A DNA stretch of 64,000 nucleotides from Bacillota bacterium (GCA_017577945.2 PKQS02000009.1:787-64786), one strand, 5' to 3'; positions 29,463 to 39,038 are shown, counted from the stretch's first letter. A program made the numbers and translations. The notes: generated by a model from the letters alone, not told the origin.

Positions 29463-29876
29463 TCACGGCAGCCGTTCCACGCTCAGCGCCAGCCGGCCAG
29501 CGCCTCCTAAGCGGGCCGCGTCGATGGCCCTGACCACGTAATCGTACGACACGCGGCGATCCGCCGAAATGATCACGATGGTATTGGGATTCGAAAGCAA
29601 CGCGCTGCGGACGCGCGCTTGGATGTCGCTCTCGGAAACCGCCACCCCGTTGACGAACATCGTTCCTTGCTGCGTCACCGTGATGCGCAGCTCCGCCTGC
29701 TGTTGAACCGTCCCCGTCGCGGCTCGCGGAAGGGCGACGTCGATGCCCAGCGGTTCGGTCCGAAACGTCGTGGACACCAGCAAAAACGCGACCAAGGTGA
29801 ACATGATGTCAATCAGCGGCACGATGTTCGGGCTCGGTGAGCGCCGTCGCTCGCGAACGATGGCCACGTCACTCAC
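29463..29876 (-). CDS. ExbD/TolR family biopolymer transport protein
   Basis: NIVPLIDIMFTLVAFLL TM with the conserved Asp. Periplasmic domain pattern ISADRRVSYDYVVRAID. Confidence 0.9.
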   Translation of the reverse strand: MSDVAIVRERRRSPSPNIVPLIDIMFTLVAFLLVSTTFRTEPLGIDVALPRAATGTVQQQAELRITVTQQGTMFVNGVAVSESDIQARVRSALLSNPNTIVIISADRRVSYDYVVRAIDAARLGGAGRLALSVERLP

Positions 29877-30483
29877 CCCGCATCGTGCTGATGATTTCCA
29901 AAATCTCCGCGGTGCGCCGGTTCATGTCGGCCACCCGCCGGTCGATGATGCTGCTGAGCCAGTGGTACACCGCCATCGCCGGAATGGCGATGCTCAAGCC
30001 GGCGGCCGTGGTAATGAGCGCCTCCGCAACGCCTAGGCTGAGGTCTTGCGGCGTGGCCAGGCCTTCCAGTGCGCCGAGGACGTTGAAGCTGCGGATGATC
30101 CCCGTGACGGTGCCCAGCAGCCCGAGCAGCGGCGCGATGTTGACGACGGTCTCCAGCAAGACCATCCGGCGTTCCATCTTAAACAGCTCGGCCCGGCCCA
30201 CGTCCTCCAGCTTTTCCTTCAACTGGTCCAAGGGCAAATCGGAATACGCGACGGCCGTCGCGATCAAAGCGGCCACCTGGCTCTTGGACCGCTTCGCCAC
30301 CTGCACGGCTTGCATCACTTTGCCCTGGGTCAGGTTGAGCCGGACCTCGTCCATCAGGTCGTCGGAGTCCACCCGCGTGCTGAAGAAATACCAAAGCCGC
30401 TCCAGCGACACCGCCAGAGCCAGCACGGAGATGAACAGCAGCGGGATCATGACCGGACCGCCCTTGACGATTATGTCGACCAT
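29869..30483 (-). CDS. MotA/TolQ/ExbB proton-channel family protein
   Basis: APLLGLLGTVTGIIRSF and GVAEALITTAAGLSIAIPA signatures. 8-nt overlap with the exbD-like gene. Confidence 0.9.
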   Translation of the reverse strand: MVDIIVKGGPVMIPLLFISVLALAVSLERLWYFFSTRVDSDDLMDEVRLNLTQGKVMQAVQVAKRSKSQVAALIATAVAYSDLPLDQLKEKLEDVGRAELFKMERRMVLLETVVNIAPLLGLLGTVTGIIRSFNVLGALEGLATPQDLSLGVAEALITTAAGLSIAIPAMAVYHWLSSIIDRRVADMNRRTAEILEIISTMRGE

Positions 30484-30576
30484 GCGCCTTCCCCTTCCTC
30501 CGCGAGAGGACGTTTGGTGACAGTTTCAAATAAGATACGGCGGATTCTTCTACATACCGAAGGCGATTCCTTGTGC

Positions 30577-31107
30577 TCAGGCGGCGTTGTGGTTTTGAAA
30601 CTCGTCCCGCAAGATTCGCATCAGTACGATTTCCCTGAGGTCTCCGTCAACGCGCCGCGTCACGACGCCTTCGGCCTTGAACCCCGCCTTCCTGTAACAA
30701 GCGATGGCCGGCGCGTTGTACGACAGGACGCGCAAGTAGACGCGGTTCAGCCGCAGCGCGCCGAAGGCGTAGGCCAGCAGCAGCCGCACCGCCTCGGTGC
30801 CGAAGCCGCGGCCGCGCCATTGCGGCTCGCCGATGCGGATGCGCAGCTCCGCGTCGCCGCTGCGCCAGGCGATGTGGTCCAGCTCTACGTCGCCGATAAG
30901 CCCGATGCCTTCCACTTCGATGCCGAACAGCTGACGTTGCCTGTCGCCGAGGATTTGCCGGTGCCAATCCGCGCAACCTTCGATGGACTCGGGGTACGCC
31001 GCGCCCATGAGCTCGTGCAGCTCCGGATCGCGGTTCCATTTGACCAACAGCGGATAGTCGTCGGCGGTGATCGGCCGCAGCGACACGCGGCCTTGCAAGA
31101 TCGCCAT
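30577..31107 (-). CDS. GNAT family N-acetyltransferase (RimJ/RimL-like)
   Basis: RGRGFGTEAVRLLLAYAF acetyl-CoA motif A. ATG 31107 is preferred (AGGAGAGGA 9 nt upstream) over GTG 31128. Confidence 0.85.
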   Translation of the reverse strand: MAILQGRVSLRPITADDYPLLVKWNRDPELHELMGAAYPESIEGCADWHRQILGDRQRQLFGIEVEGIGLIGDVELDHIAWRSGDAELRIRIGEPQWRGRGFGTEAVRLLLAYAFGALRLNRVYLRVLSYNAPAIACYRKAGFKAEGVVTRRVDGDLREIVLMRILRDEFQNHNAA

Positions 31108-31278
31108 GGCAGGTCGTCCTCTCCTCACATGCGCGTAGTGCGTCGAAAGCTGCGATGTTGCCCATGTTCCGGAGGGATAGTCGCTTCGAGAAAAGCTAGC
31201 CGTTTTTTGACCTATGGAGCACTTCGCCCGCGGCGGGGGCCTGCCTTTAGGAAAATCTTGGTACGGTAACGAGGCCGT

Positions 31279-32034
31279 TTACGAAGCGGATCCGAGCGTT
31301 TCGCGAAAAAACTGCAAAATCCGGCGTTCCGAGCGTGACACGTGCGCCTGGGAAACGCCCAGGGCCCGGGCCGTTTCGGCCTGGGACTTGTCTTCGAAAA
31401 ACCGGAGAACGACCAACCTGCGCTCCCATTCCGACAGCCGCGCCAGCGCGGCGTGCAGGGCGACGTTTTCCACCAGCCGCTCCCAGTCTTCGCCGCCGGC
31501 CAGGCGGTCTCCGAGCGAGACGGCGTCGCCGTCGTCAGGATACAAGGGCTCGTCCAGCGACGTGACCGCCCGCGCCGCCACGGCCGCCGCCACTTCCTCG
31601 GCGTCGACGTTCAGCTCGGAGGCGATCTCCCCCACCGTCGGCTGCCTCTCCAGGCGAGCCGCCAGCCGCTCCTCGCAAGCCGCCACTTCCCGCTGCAGGC
31701 TCGCGAGCCGCGCGCCCAGGTGCAAGGGACTCCGCTGCCGGCGCAGATATTGCCGCATCTCGCCCATGATGACCGGCACCGCGTAAGTGGAAAAGCGCAC
31801 CTCGTAGGCGGGATCGAAGCCGTCGATGGCTTTGATGAGGCCGATGCAGCCTACTTGAAACAAGTCGTCCAGGTCAACGCCGCTGGTGCGAAAGCGCTGC
31901 GCCACCGCGGCCACCAGCCGCAAATTGGCCCGCACCAGCTCCTCCCTGGCCGCCGCGTCGCCCGCCTGCGCCTGTGCGATGAGCCGCCGCGTTTCGTCCG
32001 GCGCACCGGCCGCCGTGTCCGGCACCTGGGCCAC
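31279..32034 (-). CDS. sigF: Forespore sigma factor SigF
   Basis: Group-3 sigma (FSTYAVPVIMGEMRQYLR) directly downstream of spoIIAA-spoIIAB. Confidence 0.9.
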   Translation of the reverse strand: MAQVPDTAAGAPDETRRLIAQAQAGDAAAREELVRANLRLVAAVAQRFRTSGVDLDDLFQVGCIGLIKAIDGFDPAYEVRFSTYAVPVIMGEMRQYLRRQRSPLHLGARLASLQREVAACEERLAARLERQPTVGEIASELNVDAEEVAAAVAARAVTSLDEPLYPDDGDAVSLGDRLAGGEDWERLVENVALHAALARLSEWERRLVVLRFFEDKSQAETARALGVSQAHVSRSERRILQFFRETLGSAS

Positions 32035-32049
32035 GGCCGCTCCCTCCGT

Positions 32050-32505
32050 TCACGGCGCCACCGCGGCACGGGCGGGCGTTTTCGTCATCGTCACCATCGT
32101 GCCCGCGTCCGGCTGGGAAGCGACCTCCAGCTTGTCCATGTATTCCTGCATAAATGTAAAGCCCAGCCCCATCCGCTCTCCGGGACGGCTTGTCCACTGC
32201 GCCTGCCGCGCCTGGGTCACGTCGGCGATGCCGACGCCGTAGTCGATAACCCGCAGCACGAACGAGCCGTCCGCGCCCAGGCCCAGCTCCAGGCGAACGA
32301 CGCCGTCTCCGTCCGGGTACGCGTGCACGACGACGTTGGACACGGCTTCCGACACCGCGACCTTGATCTCGTCCAGCTCGTCCAACGTAAAAGCCAGCTG
32401 CGACGCGAACATGGCCGCGGCCGTGCGGGCGAAAGCGACGTTCTCCGGCTTGGCGGGCAGCTCCATCGTCACGTAGTTGACAAACCGCTCCATGCCCGTC
32501 ACCAC
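32050..32505 (-). CDS. spoIIAB: Anti-sigma F factor / serine kinase SpoIIAB
   Basis: HATPase_c N-box (EAVSNVVVHAY) and G-boxes (DYGVGI, GLGF). GTG start overlaps the spoIIAA TGA (GTGGTGA). The ORF-track start at 32868 is over-extended. Confidence 0.9.
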   Translation of the reverse strand: MVTGMERFVNYVTMELPAKPENVAFARTAAAMFASQLAFTLDELDEIKVAVSEAVSNVVVHAYPDGDGVVRLELGLGADGSFVLRVIDYGVGIADVTQARQAQWTSRPGERMGLGFTFMQEYMDKLEVASQPDAGTMVTMTKTPARAAVAP

Positions 32506-32858
32506 GTCTCCCCCTCCCTGACCAGCGCCAGCGCCTGCTGCTTCGTCTCGGCCACGGCCAGCACGCGCAGCAGGCCCGCGAACTGGAGCACCCGCAGCAC
32601 GTTGGGGCGGAGCCCGAAGACGACCACTCGCCCGGCGCGCGTGGTCCGGATGTCCCGGCAGCGCCCCAGCAGCGCTCCTACCCCCGAACTGTCGATAAAC
32701 GTCACGCCGCGCAAGTCTAGGATCAAGTGCCGCAGCCGTGGGCCTTCCTCCAGCTCCTGCTGCACGCGCGCCCGGAACACGGGCGCCGTCCGCACGTCCA
32801 GCTCGCCGGCCAGCCGCACGATGAGGCTGTCTTTGCTGCGCGTCGTCTCGATGATCAA
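32499..32858 (-). CDS. spoIIAA: Anti-anti-sigma F factor SpoIIAA (STAS domain)
   Basis: DLRGVTFIDSSGVGALLG phospho-serine motif. TTG start with GGGGGTG SD. Confidence 0.9.
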   Translation of the reverse strand: MIIETTRSKDSLIVRLAGELDVRTAPVFRARVQQELEEGPRLRHLILDLRGVTFIDSSGVGALLGRCRDIRTTRAGRVVVFGLRPNVLRVLQFAGLLRVLAVAETKQQALALVREGETW

Positions 32859-33027
32859 GCCGCCGCACCCCCGATCACGATTTACAATCTTCTGTCTTAT
32901 TCGCCTATTTCCTGCCGGACGGGTGCGGCGGCCGTGCATTGGCCTGGGCGAGGCTAGCGCTGCGTTGGTACCAGCGAGCCTGGCACGGCGTTGGCCCGGG
33001 CGAGGCTGATGCGGTGAACACACCCCG

Positions 33028-34251
33028 TTAGTGAACGACAGGCCACGGCAAGAGACTGCCCAGCAGCCGGCTGGCCGTGCGGGCCAGCAGCCTCCAGGTC
33101 GAGCCGCGCGGGACCGCCGCACGAGCGACCAAGTCGACTCGGCCCACTTCTTGGCCGTTTAGCTGCACCACCGCCTCTCCGACCACCTGGCCGTCCTCCA
33201 CCGGCGCCAACAGCTGCGCCGGCAGCAAGAGCTCCACCGCCGGCGCCGCAGCGGAACCCCGCGGCACCGCCACGAACACGTCGCGCGCCGCCCCGATTTC
33301 CACCGTGGCCGCCTCACCTTTCGACACGGGCAGGCGCGCCAGCACGGCCGCGTCGTCCACGGCGGCACGCGCTTCATACTGGCGAAAGCCCCAGTTCAGC
33401 AGCGTCCGGATATCTTCGTCCCGATCCTGGATGCTGGGCGCGCCGAGCACGACCGCGATGAGATGCAGGTTGTCGCGCACGGCGCTGGCGGCTAGGCAAT
33501 ACAGGGCCTCGCGGGTGTAACCGGTTTTGATCCCGTTGGCGCCTTCGTAAAAACGGAGCAGCGTGTTGCGGTTCCAAAACTCCCGCTCGTCGCGCGTGCC
33601 TTCGCGCACGCGGTAGGGGCCGTAGGTGGAGACGAGCTGCTCGAACATGGGCAACGTGTAGCCGTAGCGGGAAACGACGGCGATGTCGTAGGCGGTCGTC
33701 ACATGGGTGCGGCCGGGCATGCCCACGTCGGCGGGCGGCAAGCCCGACGCGTTGCTCAGTTCGGTGTTGCGCGCCCCTAAGGCGCGGCTGCGCTCGTTCA
33801 TCAAGGCGGCGAAAGCCTCTTCGCTGCCGGCGATGTGCTCGGCCACCGCCACCGCAGCGTCGTTGGCCGACTCGACGGCAATGGCGTAGAGCAAGTCTTC
33901 CAACGACATCGTCTCGCCGACCTCGAGGTACACTTGCGTGCCCCCCATGCCGGCGGCCCGGCGGCTCACGACCACCATGTCGTCCAGCGACACTTGCCCG
34001 TCCCGCAGTGCTTCGAGCGCGACGACGAGCGTGAAGATTTTCGTCACGCTGGCAGGCGGCAGCGGCTCGTGAGCGTTTTTCTCGTACAGCACCCGGCCGC
34101 TGTGCGCCTCGATCAGAATGGCGGAACGAGACTTAATTGGAAGCGTTTCCTGCCCGGCCGCCGGCGGGCTGAAGGCCAACAAAGCGGCCAAGCACGCCGC
34201 CAAGCCGACGGCCGCATGCCTCATCCGTGAACGAAAAAACGCGCAGCGCAT
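33028..34251 (-). CDS. dacF: D-alanyl-D-alanine carboxypeptidase (PBP5 family), DacF-like
   Basis: SVTK (SxxK), SAND-like SxN, and a KTG motif (IKTGYT). Position upstream of the spoIIA operon as in B. subtilis. Confidence 0.88.
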   Translation of the reverse strand: MRCAFFRSRMRHAAVGLAACLAALLAFSPPAAGQETLPIKSRSAILIEAHSGRVLYEKNAHEPLPPASVTKIFTLVVALEALRDGQVSLDDMVVVSRRAAGMGGTQVYLEVGETMSLEDLLYAIAVESANDAAVAVAEHIAGSEEAFAALMNERSRALGARNTELSNASGLPPADVGMPGRTHVTTAYDIAVVSRYGYTLPMFEQLVSTYGPYRVREGTRDEREFWNRNTLLRFYEGANGIKTGYTREALYCLAASAVRDNLHLIAVVLGAPSIQDRDEDIRTLLNWGFRQYEARAAVDDAAVLARLPVSKGEAATVEIGAARDVFVAVPRGSAAAPAVELLLPAQLLAPVEDGQVVGEAVVQLNGQEVGRVDLVARAAVPRGSTWRLLARTASRLLGSLLPWPVVH

Positions 34252-34400
34252 CGCACGGCCTCCTTCCCGGTGTTAGACCTATGCGGTGCCCTGCGCGTAT
34301 ATCCCGTCCGCGGACGACCCGCCGTGTCCGAGCGACCGGGGGACTCGCTGTCCGGGTTACAGCCTAGACCGCCCAGCCTTTTCCGGCGGCGTCCCGGGCG

Positions 34401-35708
34401 TCAGTCGCCGATGCGGCGCAGCACCAGCGGCCGCGGCTCCGGCGCCCGCGGGCCGATGGAGAAGGCGTTGCGGATGCGCTCCTCGACGGCCGCCACGTCT
34501 TCCGGCCGCCGGGCGTGCACTTCGCACAAGACGTCGCCTTCCTCCACCTTCGAGCCCAGTTTGGCGTGCAGGACCAAGCCCACCGCGTGGTCGACGACGT
34601 CGTCCTGCTTGCGGCGGCCGGCGCCCAGCAGCATCGTCACGTCGCCGAGCGCGTACGCGTCGATGCCGTCGACCCAGCCCGACCTGGGCGCCTCCACCAC
34701 GGTGCGCACCGGCGCCGTGGGCAGCAGCGACGGATCGTCCACGACCCGCGGATCGCCGCCCTGGTTGCGGATCATCTCCCGGAACTTTTCCAGGGCGCGG
34801 CCGCTGGACAGCGCGTCTTGCAGCTTGCGCCGCGCGTCGGCCGCGTCGTCCGCCACCCGGGCGAGGAGGAGCATCTCGGTGCCCAGCGCCAGCACCAGCT
34901 CCGCCAGATCCTCGGGGCCATGCCCGCGCAGCGTCTCGATGGCTTCTTTCACCTCGAGCGCGTTGCCGATAGCCCGGCCCAGCGGCTGGTTCATGTCCGT
35001 GATGAGGGCCACCGTCTTGCGACCCGCCCGCCGCCCAATGGAGACCATCGTCTCCGCCAGCTTTACGGTGTCCTCGAACTTCTTGAGGAACGCTCCCTGG
35101 CCCGTTTTGACGTCGAGCACCAAGGCGTCCGCGCCGGCCGCCAGCTTCTTGCTCATGATGCTGGCTGCGATGAGCGACACGTTTTCCACCGTGGCGGTTA
35201 CGTCACGCAGCTTGTACCACTTGCCGTCGGCGGGCGCGATGGACGCCGTCTGGCCGATGACGGCCACTTTGATCCGGTTGACGCTCTCCACGAACTGCTC
35301 AGGCGTCATGTACACGTTGAAGCCGGGGATGGACTCCAGCTTGTCCAGGGTGCCGCCCGTGTGCCCCAGCGCCCGGCCCGACATCTTCGCCACCGGCGCG
35401 CCGCAGGCCGCCACCAGCGGCGCCAGCACCAGCGTCGTCGTGTCGCCCACGCCGCCCGTGGAGTGCTTGTCCACCTTGATGCCCTCGATGGCGCTCAAAT
35501 CGACGACATCGCCCGAGTGCGCCATGGCCAGCGTCAGTGCGGCCGTCTCCTCGTCGGTCATGCCGCGGAAGTAAACGGCCATCGTGAACGCAGCCATTTG
35601 GTAGTCGGGAATGTCGCCTTTCGTGAACCCTTCGATCAGGAAGCGGATTTCCTCTTCCGTCAGCTGGCCGCCGTCCCGCTTCTTCCGGATCAGGTCATAC
35701 ATCCGCAT
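34401..35708 (-). CDS. pdp: Pyrimidine-nucleoside (thymidine) phosphorylase
   Basis: DKHSTGGVGD motif and full-length family pattern. Confidence 0.95.
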   Translation of the reverse strand: MRMYDLIRKKRDGGQLTEEEIRFLIEGFTKGDIPDYQMAAFTMAVYFRGMTDEETAALTLAMAHSGDVVDLSAIEGIKVDKHSTGGVGDTTTLVLAPLVAACGAPVAKMSGRALGHTGGTLDKLESIPGFNVYMTPEQFVESVNRIKVAVIGQTASIAPADGKWYKLRDVTATVENVSLIAASIMSKKLAAGADALVLDVKTGQGAFLKKFEDTVKLAETMVSIGRRAGRKTVALITDMNQPLGRAIGNALEVKEAIETLRGHGPEDLAELVLALGTEMLLLARVADDAADARRKLQDALSSGRALEKFREMIRNQGGDPRVVDDPSLLPTAPVRTVVEAPRSGWVDGIDAYALGDVTMLLGAGRRKQDDVVDHAVGLVLHAKLGSKVEEGDVLCEVHARRPEDVAAVEERIRNAFSIGPRAPEPRPLVLRRIGD

Positions 35709-35742
35709 TGTACCCGCGCCTCCTTGCCATGCCGCTCGCCGC

Positions 35743-36927
35743 CTACTCGGCGAGGATGTCCTTCAAGAAGCTGGTGCCGATCTCGGGCGCCGGCACGCCG
35801 AAAAACTCGGCCAGCGTCGCCGCCACGTCCGCATAGGTCGAACGCGTGCCGAGCGCCACGCCCTGCTTGGCCGCCGGACCGCACACCAACAGCGGCACGT
35901 ACTCCCGCGAGTGGTCCGTGCTGGGCGTCGTCGGGTCGTTGCCGTGGTCGGCCGTGATGATGAGCAAGTCGCCGTCCCGCAGCTCCGCCATCACGTCAGG
36001 AATGCGGGCGTCGAATTCCGCCAGCGCCTGCGCCATGCCTTCGGGGTTGTTGCGGTGGCCGTACAGCATGTCGAAGTCGATGCAGTTGGCGAAAATGAGG
36101 CACGGTCCCGCTTCTTCCCTGAGCAGCTTCACGACGCCGTCCATCGTGGCCATGTTGCCCTTGGTGTAATGGCCGCGGGTGATGCCCCGCTGGGCGAAAA
36201 TGTCTTCGATCTTGCCCACCGAGTAGACCGGGATGCCGGCTTCCACCAGCCGGTCTAGCACCGTCGGCCGCGGCGGCTCCAGGCTGAAGTCCCGCCGGCG
36301 CGCCGTCCGCTGGAAGCTGCCCGGCTGGCCGATAAAGGGCCGCGCGATGACGCGGCCCACGGCGTGCTCGCCCGTCAGGATTTCCCGGGCGATGCGGCAC
36401 ATCTCGTAGAGCTCTTCAACGGGAATAATCTCCTCGTGGGCCGCGATTTGGAACACGCTGTCGGCCGACGTGTATACGATGGGCCGGCCCGTGCGCATGT
36501 GCTCCTCGCCCAGTTCCTCGATGATGGCGGTGCCCGAAGCCGGCTTGTTGCCCAGCACTTTCCGGCCGATGGCTTCCTCGAACGGCTTAATCACTTCCTC
36601 GGGAAACCCGTTCGGGTACGTGGGAAACGGCCGGTCCAGATACAGCCCGGCCAGCTCCCAGTGCCCGGTCGTCGTGTCTTTGCCCGCAGAGCGCTCGGCC
36701 ATGCGCCCGAAACAAGCCAGAGGCTTGTCCGCCGGGGGGACGCCGGGGATGTCGCCGATGTTGCCCAGGCCCAGCCGCTGCATGTTCGGCATCCGCAGGC
36801 CGCCTACCGCCAACGCGGTGTTGCGCAGCGTGTTGGAGCCTACGTCGCCGTACTGGTCGGCATCGGGAAGCTCGCCGATGCCGACGCCGTCCATGACAAT
36901 CCACGCTACTCGACCGTTGCGAGTCAT
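35743..36927 (-). CDS. deoB: Phosphopentomutase
   Basis: [22 protein letters not shown] metal-site motifs. Confidence 0.95.
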   Translation of the reverse strand: MTRNGRVAWIVMDGVGIGELPDADQYGDVGSNTLRNTALAVGGLRMPNMQRLGLGNIGDIPGVPPADKPLACFGRMAERSAGKDTTTGHWELAGLYLDRPFPTYPNGFPEEVIKPFEEAIGRKVLGNKPASGTAIIEELGEEHMRTGRPIVYTSADSVFQIAAHEEIIPVEELYEMCRIAREILTGEHAVGRVIARPFIGQPGSFQRTARRRDFSLEPPRPTVLDRLVEAGIPVYSVGKIEDIFAQRGITRGHYTKGNMATMDGVVKLLREEAGPCLIFANCIDFDMLYGHRNNPEGMAQALAEFDARIPDVMAELRDGDLLIITADHGNDPTTPSTDHSREYVPLLVCGPAAKQGVALGTRSTYADVAATLAEFFGVPAPEIGTSFLKDILAE

Positions 36928-37078
36928 CTGATGAGTCCTCCAAGCAAGCCGCCGCGAACCGCCGCGGCGGCGAAATGACGTCTACAGCGGGGAAATTCGG
37001 CAACCACGCGTTTCTGCCCTGCCCCCGGGCCGGCGCGCCGCGAAACTGATCGCCCAACGAACCGCGCCGGCGCGCCCG

Positions 37079-37723
37079 CTAGCGCATCGGCAGCCACCGC
37101 GCTGCGGTGCCCATGAGCACGGGCGACACGTACGCCTCCACGAACGCCGCCGCCACCAGCGCCGCCCCGCTGGCGGCCAAAATCAGGACGAAACCGGCCA
37201 GGTGACGAAAGACGTTGACGTCGCGCCAGCCGGACAGCGCGCGCACCGCCGCACCCGCAAAGCTCAGCGCTGCGACGCCCGCCGCCAGCGTCGCCGGCAC
37301 CGCCAGCACGTTTTGCGGCAGCAAGGCGACCACGGCCAGCACGGCGCCCGCGAGCCAGCCGGCTTCGGCCAGGAACGCGGCGGCAAAGCCCAGCGAGAAG
37401 CCGCGCAGGAACACCACGGCCAGGACGCCGGGAGCACCGGCGATGGAAAGGCCGAGGGCGCCGATGAGAGCGAGGTGCTTCAAGATGTACTCGGACAGGG
37501 CGAAGCGCAGCACCTCGGCCGGCGGGGACGCGGGGCGGCTGCCCGCGCTGCGGAACAGCGCCTCCACCTCGCCGGCCAGCGCCGCACGCCCCTCGGGGTC
37601 GACCCGATCGACGGCCAGCGCCCCCGCCGCCAGCCCGGCGGCGAACGCCGCCACGACGCATACGAGCAGCGCCATGCGCCGGCGCACGTACCCGCGCAAG
37701 ACGTCGCCCCACCGGCGGCCCAC
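37079..37723 (-). CDS. spoIIM: Stage II sporulation protein M (214 aa after start re-call)
   Basis: Polytopic membrane protein with LPQNVLAVPATL (the SpoIIM/DUF95 'HGxxE'-region equivalent). GTG 37723 has GGGGGAG 7 nt upstream. The ORF-track start at 37966 overlaps the upstream gene. Confidence 0.7.
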   Translation of the reverse strand: MGRRWGDVLRGYVRRRMALLVCVVAAFAAGLAAGALAVDRVDPEGRAALAGEVEALFRSAGSRPASPPAEVLRFALSEYILKHLALIGALGLSIAGAPGVLAVVFLRGFSLGFAAAFLAEAGWLAGAVLAVVALLPQNVLAVPATLAAGVAALSFAGAAVRALSGWRDVNVFRHLAGFVLILAASGAALVAAAFVEAYVSPVLMGTAARWLPMR

Positions 37724-37790
37724 GGCCGCTCTCCCCCTTCGCCCCAGGGCGTGGCGTTCTCCGCTTAGGCTTATGCACCCCGGCCTTTCC

Positions 37791-38879
37791 TCATGCGCCG
37801 CCCGCCAAATCGCCCGCCACGAAGCCGGCCGCGGCCGCCGCCAAGAACAAAGCGGGATCCTCCTCCACGCTGCGGCCCATGGAGCGCAGAGGAATGCCCG
37901 CGGCGGCCAGCAGATCCAGCGCCTCTTGCCCGCGCGCTTCTTCCCGCACGTCGTGGCGCTGGTCAATGCCCGCCTGCCGCAGCTGCTCCAGGACGACGGC
38001 GCGCTGCTCGGCGGGCAGTGCGGGCACGACGACGGTACACCGTCGCTGGGCGACGACGCCGAAGGCGGTCAGCGTGTGGTGGCTGACGCCCCGGTGGCGG
38101 GGCCGGGGATCGGCGAAGCTGAGGCGCGGCGCGGCCACGGGCCGGCCCCCCAGGATGGCTGCCGCGTCCGCGTGCTGGCCGGCTTCCACGGCCGTCGTGC
38201 CAAACTTCGTGCCCGTGCCGACGACGCCCGGGCCCATGGCCACGACGGCCGCGTCGGCGCCCAGCGCCCAGCGGGCGGCCAGCAAACCGGAAAACAGCGT
38301 GACCGCTTCCAAGTCGCCCCCGAAGGCGTGTCCCACCGTGACGGTCTTGTCCAGCAGGCCCGCTTGGATAAGCCGCCGCACCAGCCCGCTGAAGGCCAGC
38401 GGCAGCGCACCGCCGTCGGTCATGACGTACACGAGGGTCGCCCGGGGACCGAGCGCCAGCCGCAGCGCCGCGGCCGCGGGGGCCAGCTGGCTGTGCAGCC
38501 CCGCGATGACGACCGGCAGGCCGGCCAAGTCGCTTTTTTCCCGCAGCAGCGCGTGGTGCGGGCTGGCTTCTTCCTCCGCGGCCAGAACGGGCAGCTGCGC
38601 GGGCGTATAACGCAGCTTCATGATATGTCCGGGCCCGTCGCTCCGCCGGCTGCGGCCGACGACGTGCACGACGAAGTCCACGCCCCCCGTCCCTAAGCCC
38701 AAGTCCACGGCCGTCGTGTTGAGCGCGACGCGGTCGCCTACGTCCGCGGGCGGCGTCAGCTGCTCAAACAGGAGCGCCTCCCGGCTGCGCCCGTCCACCT
38801 CCACCGTCAGCCGCCACAACCCGTCCGCCTCGCGCATGGCCCGGCGCACGATGCCCTCGGCCGTATTGACACTGCGCAT
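37791..38879 (-). CDS. Conserved uncharacterised protein, DUF3866-like (362 aa)
   Basis: Length and N-terminal pattern (RLTVEVDGR...ALNTTAVDLGLGTGGVDFV) recall the DUF3866 family. Assignment is from memory only. Confidence 0.5.
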   Translation of the reverse strand: MRSVNTAEGIVRRAMREADGLWRLTVEVDGRSREALLFEQLTPPADVGDRVALNTTAVDLGLGTGGVDFVVHVVGRSRRSDGPGHIMKLRYTPAQLPVLAAEEEASPHHALLREKSDLAGLPVVIAGLHSQLAPAAAALRLALGPRATLVYVMTDGGALPLAFSGLVRRLIQAGLLDKTVTVGHAFGGDLEAVTLFSGLLAARWALGADAAVVAMGPGVVGTGTKFGTTAVEAGQHADAAAILGGRPVAAPRLSFADPRPRHRGVSHHTLTAFGVVAQRRCTVVVPALPAEQRAVVLEQLRQAGIDQRHDVREEARGQEALDLLAAAGIPLRSMGRSVEEDPALFLAAAAAGFVAGDLAGGA

Positions 38880-38962
38880 GCCGAACCACCCCCGCCTGCG
38901 CCGCGCTGGCCCGCTCTCCCGAAGCCCCCTCTCCGGCGCGACGCGGGCCAGCTGTTCAGAGC

Positions 38963-39000
38963 AACAAAAAAAGCAGGTGACCTCCCGTAGGCACCTGCTG
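38963..39000 (-). terminator. Rho-independent terminator of pnp
   Basis: Minus strand AGCAGGTG-12 nt-CACCTGCT followed by TTTTTTTG. Confidence 0.8.
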
Positions 39001-39038
39001 AGATCTAGCCTGCACGCCGACGACCGCCCCCTCCGGCG

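Noticed and set aside
31129-31278. Terminator after sigF
   Set aside because: Only very short stems (4-5 bp) and an NheI-type palindrome next to a T-run. This is not convincing enough to annotate.
34252-34400. Sigma-F type promoter (GCATA-N15-GGnRAYAMTW) upstream of dacF
   Set aside because: There is a GCATA only 28 nt from the ATG, overlapping where the SD begins, and a GGGATATAC element without a matching -35. No convincing match was found, so none is reported.
36928-37078. GC-rich palindromes (GCCGCCGCGGCGGC etc.) between spoIIM and deoB as terminator or REP-like element
   Set aside because: The pairings are imperfect, no U-tract follows, and no second copy occurs elsewhere in the window.
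36924-37778. 284-aa and other alternative-frame minus-strand ORFs (also 9521-10294, 13792-14985, 16283-17674, 58730-59941, 11388-11900)
   Set aside because: They are alternative frames of real genes (spoIIM, ynbB, miaA, mutL, the AI-2E protein). The products are Arg/Gly/Ala runs without motifs.
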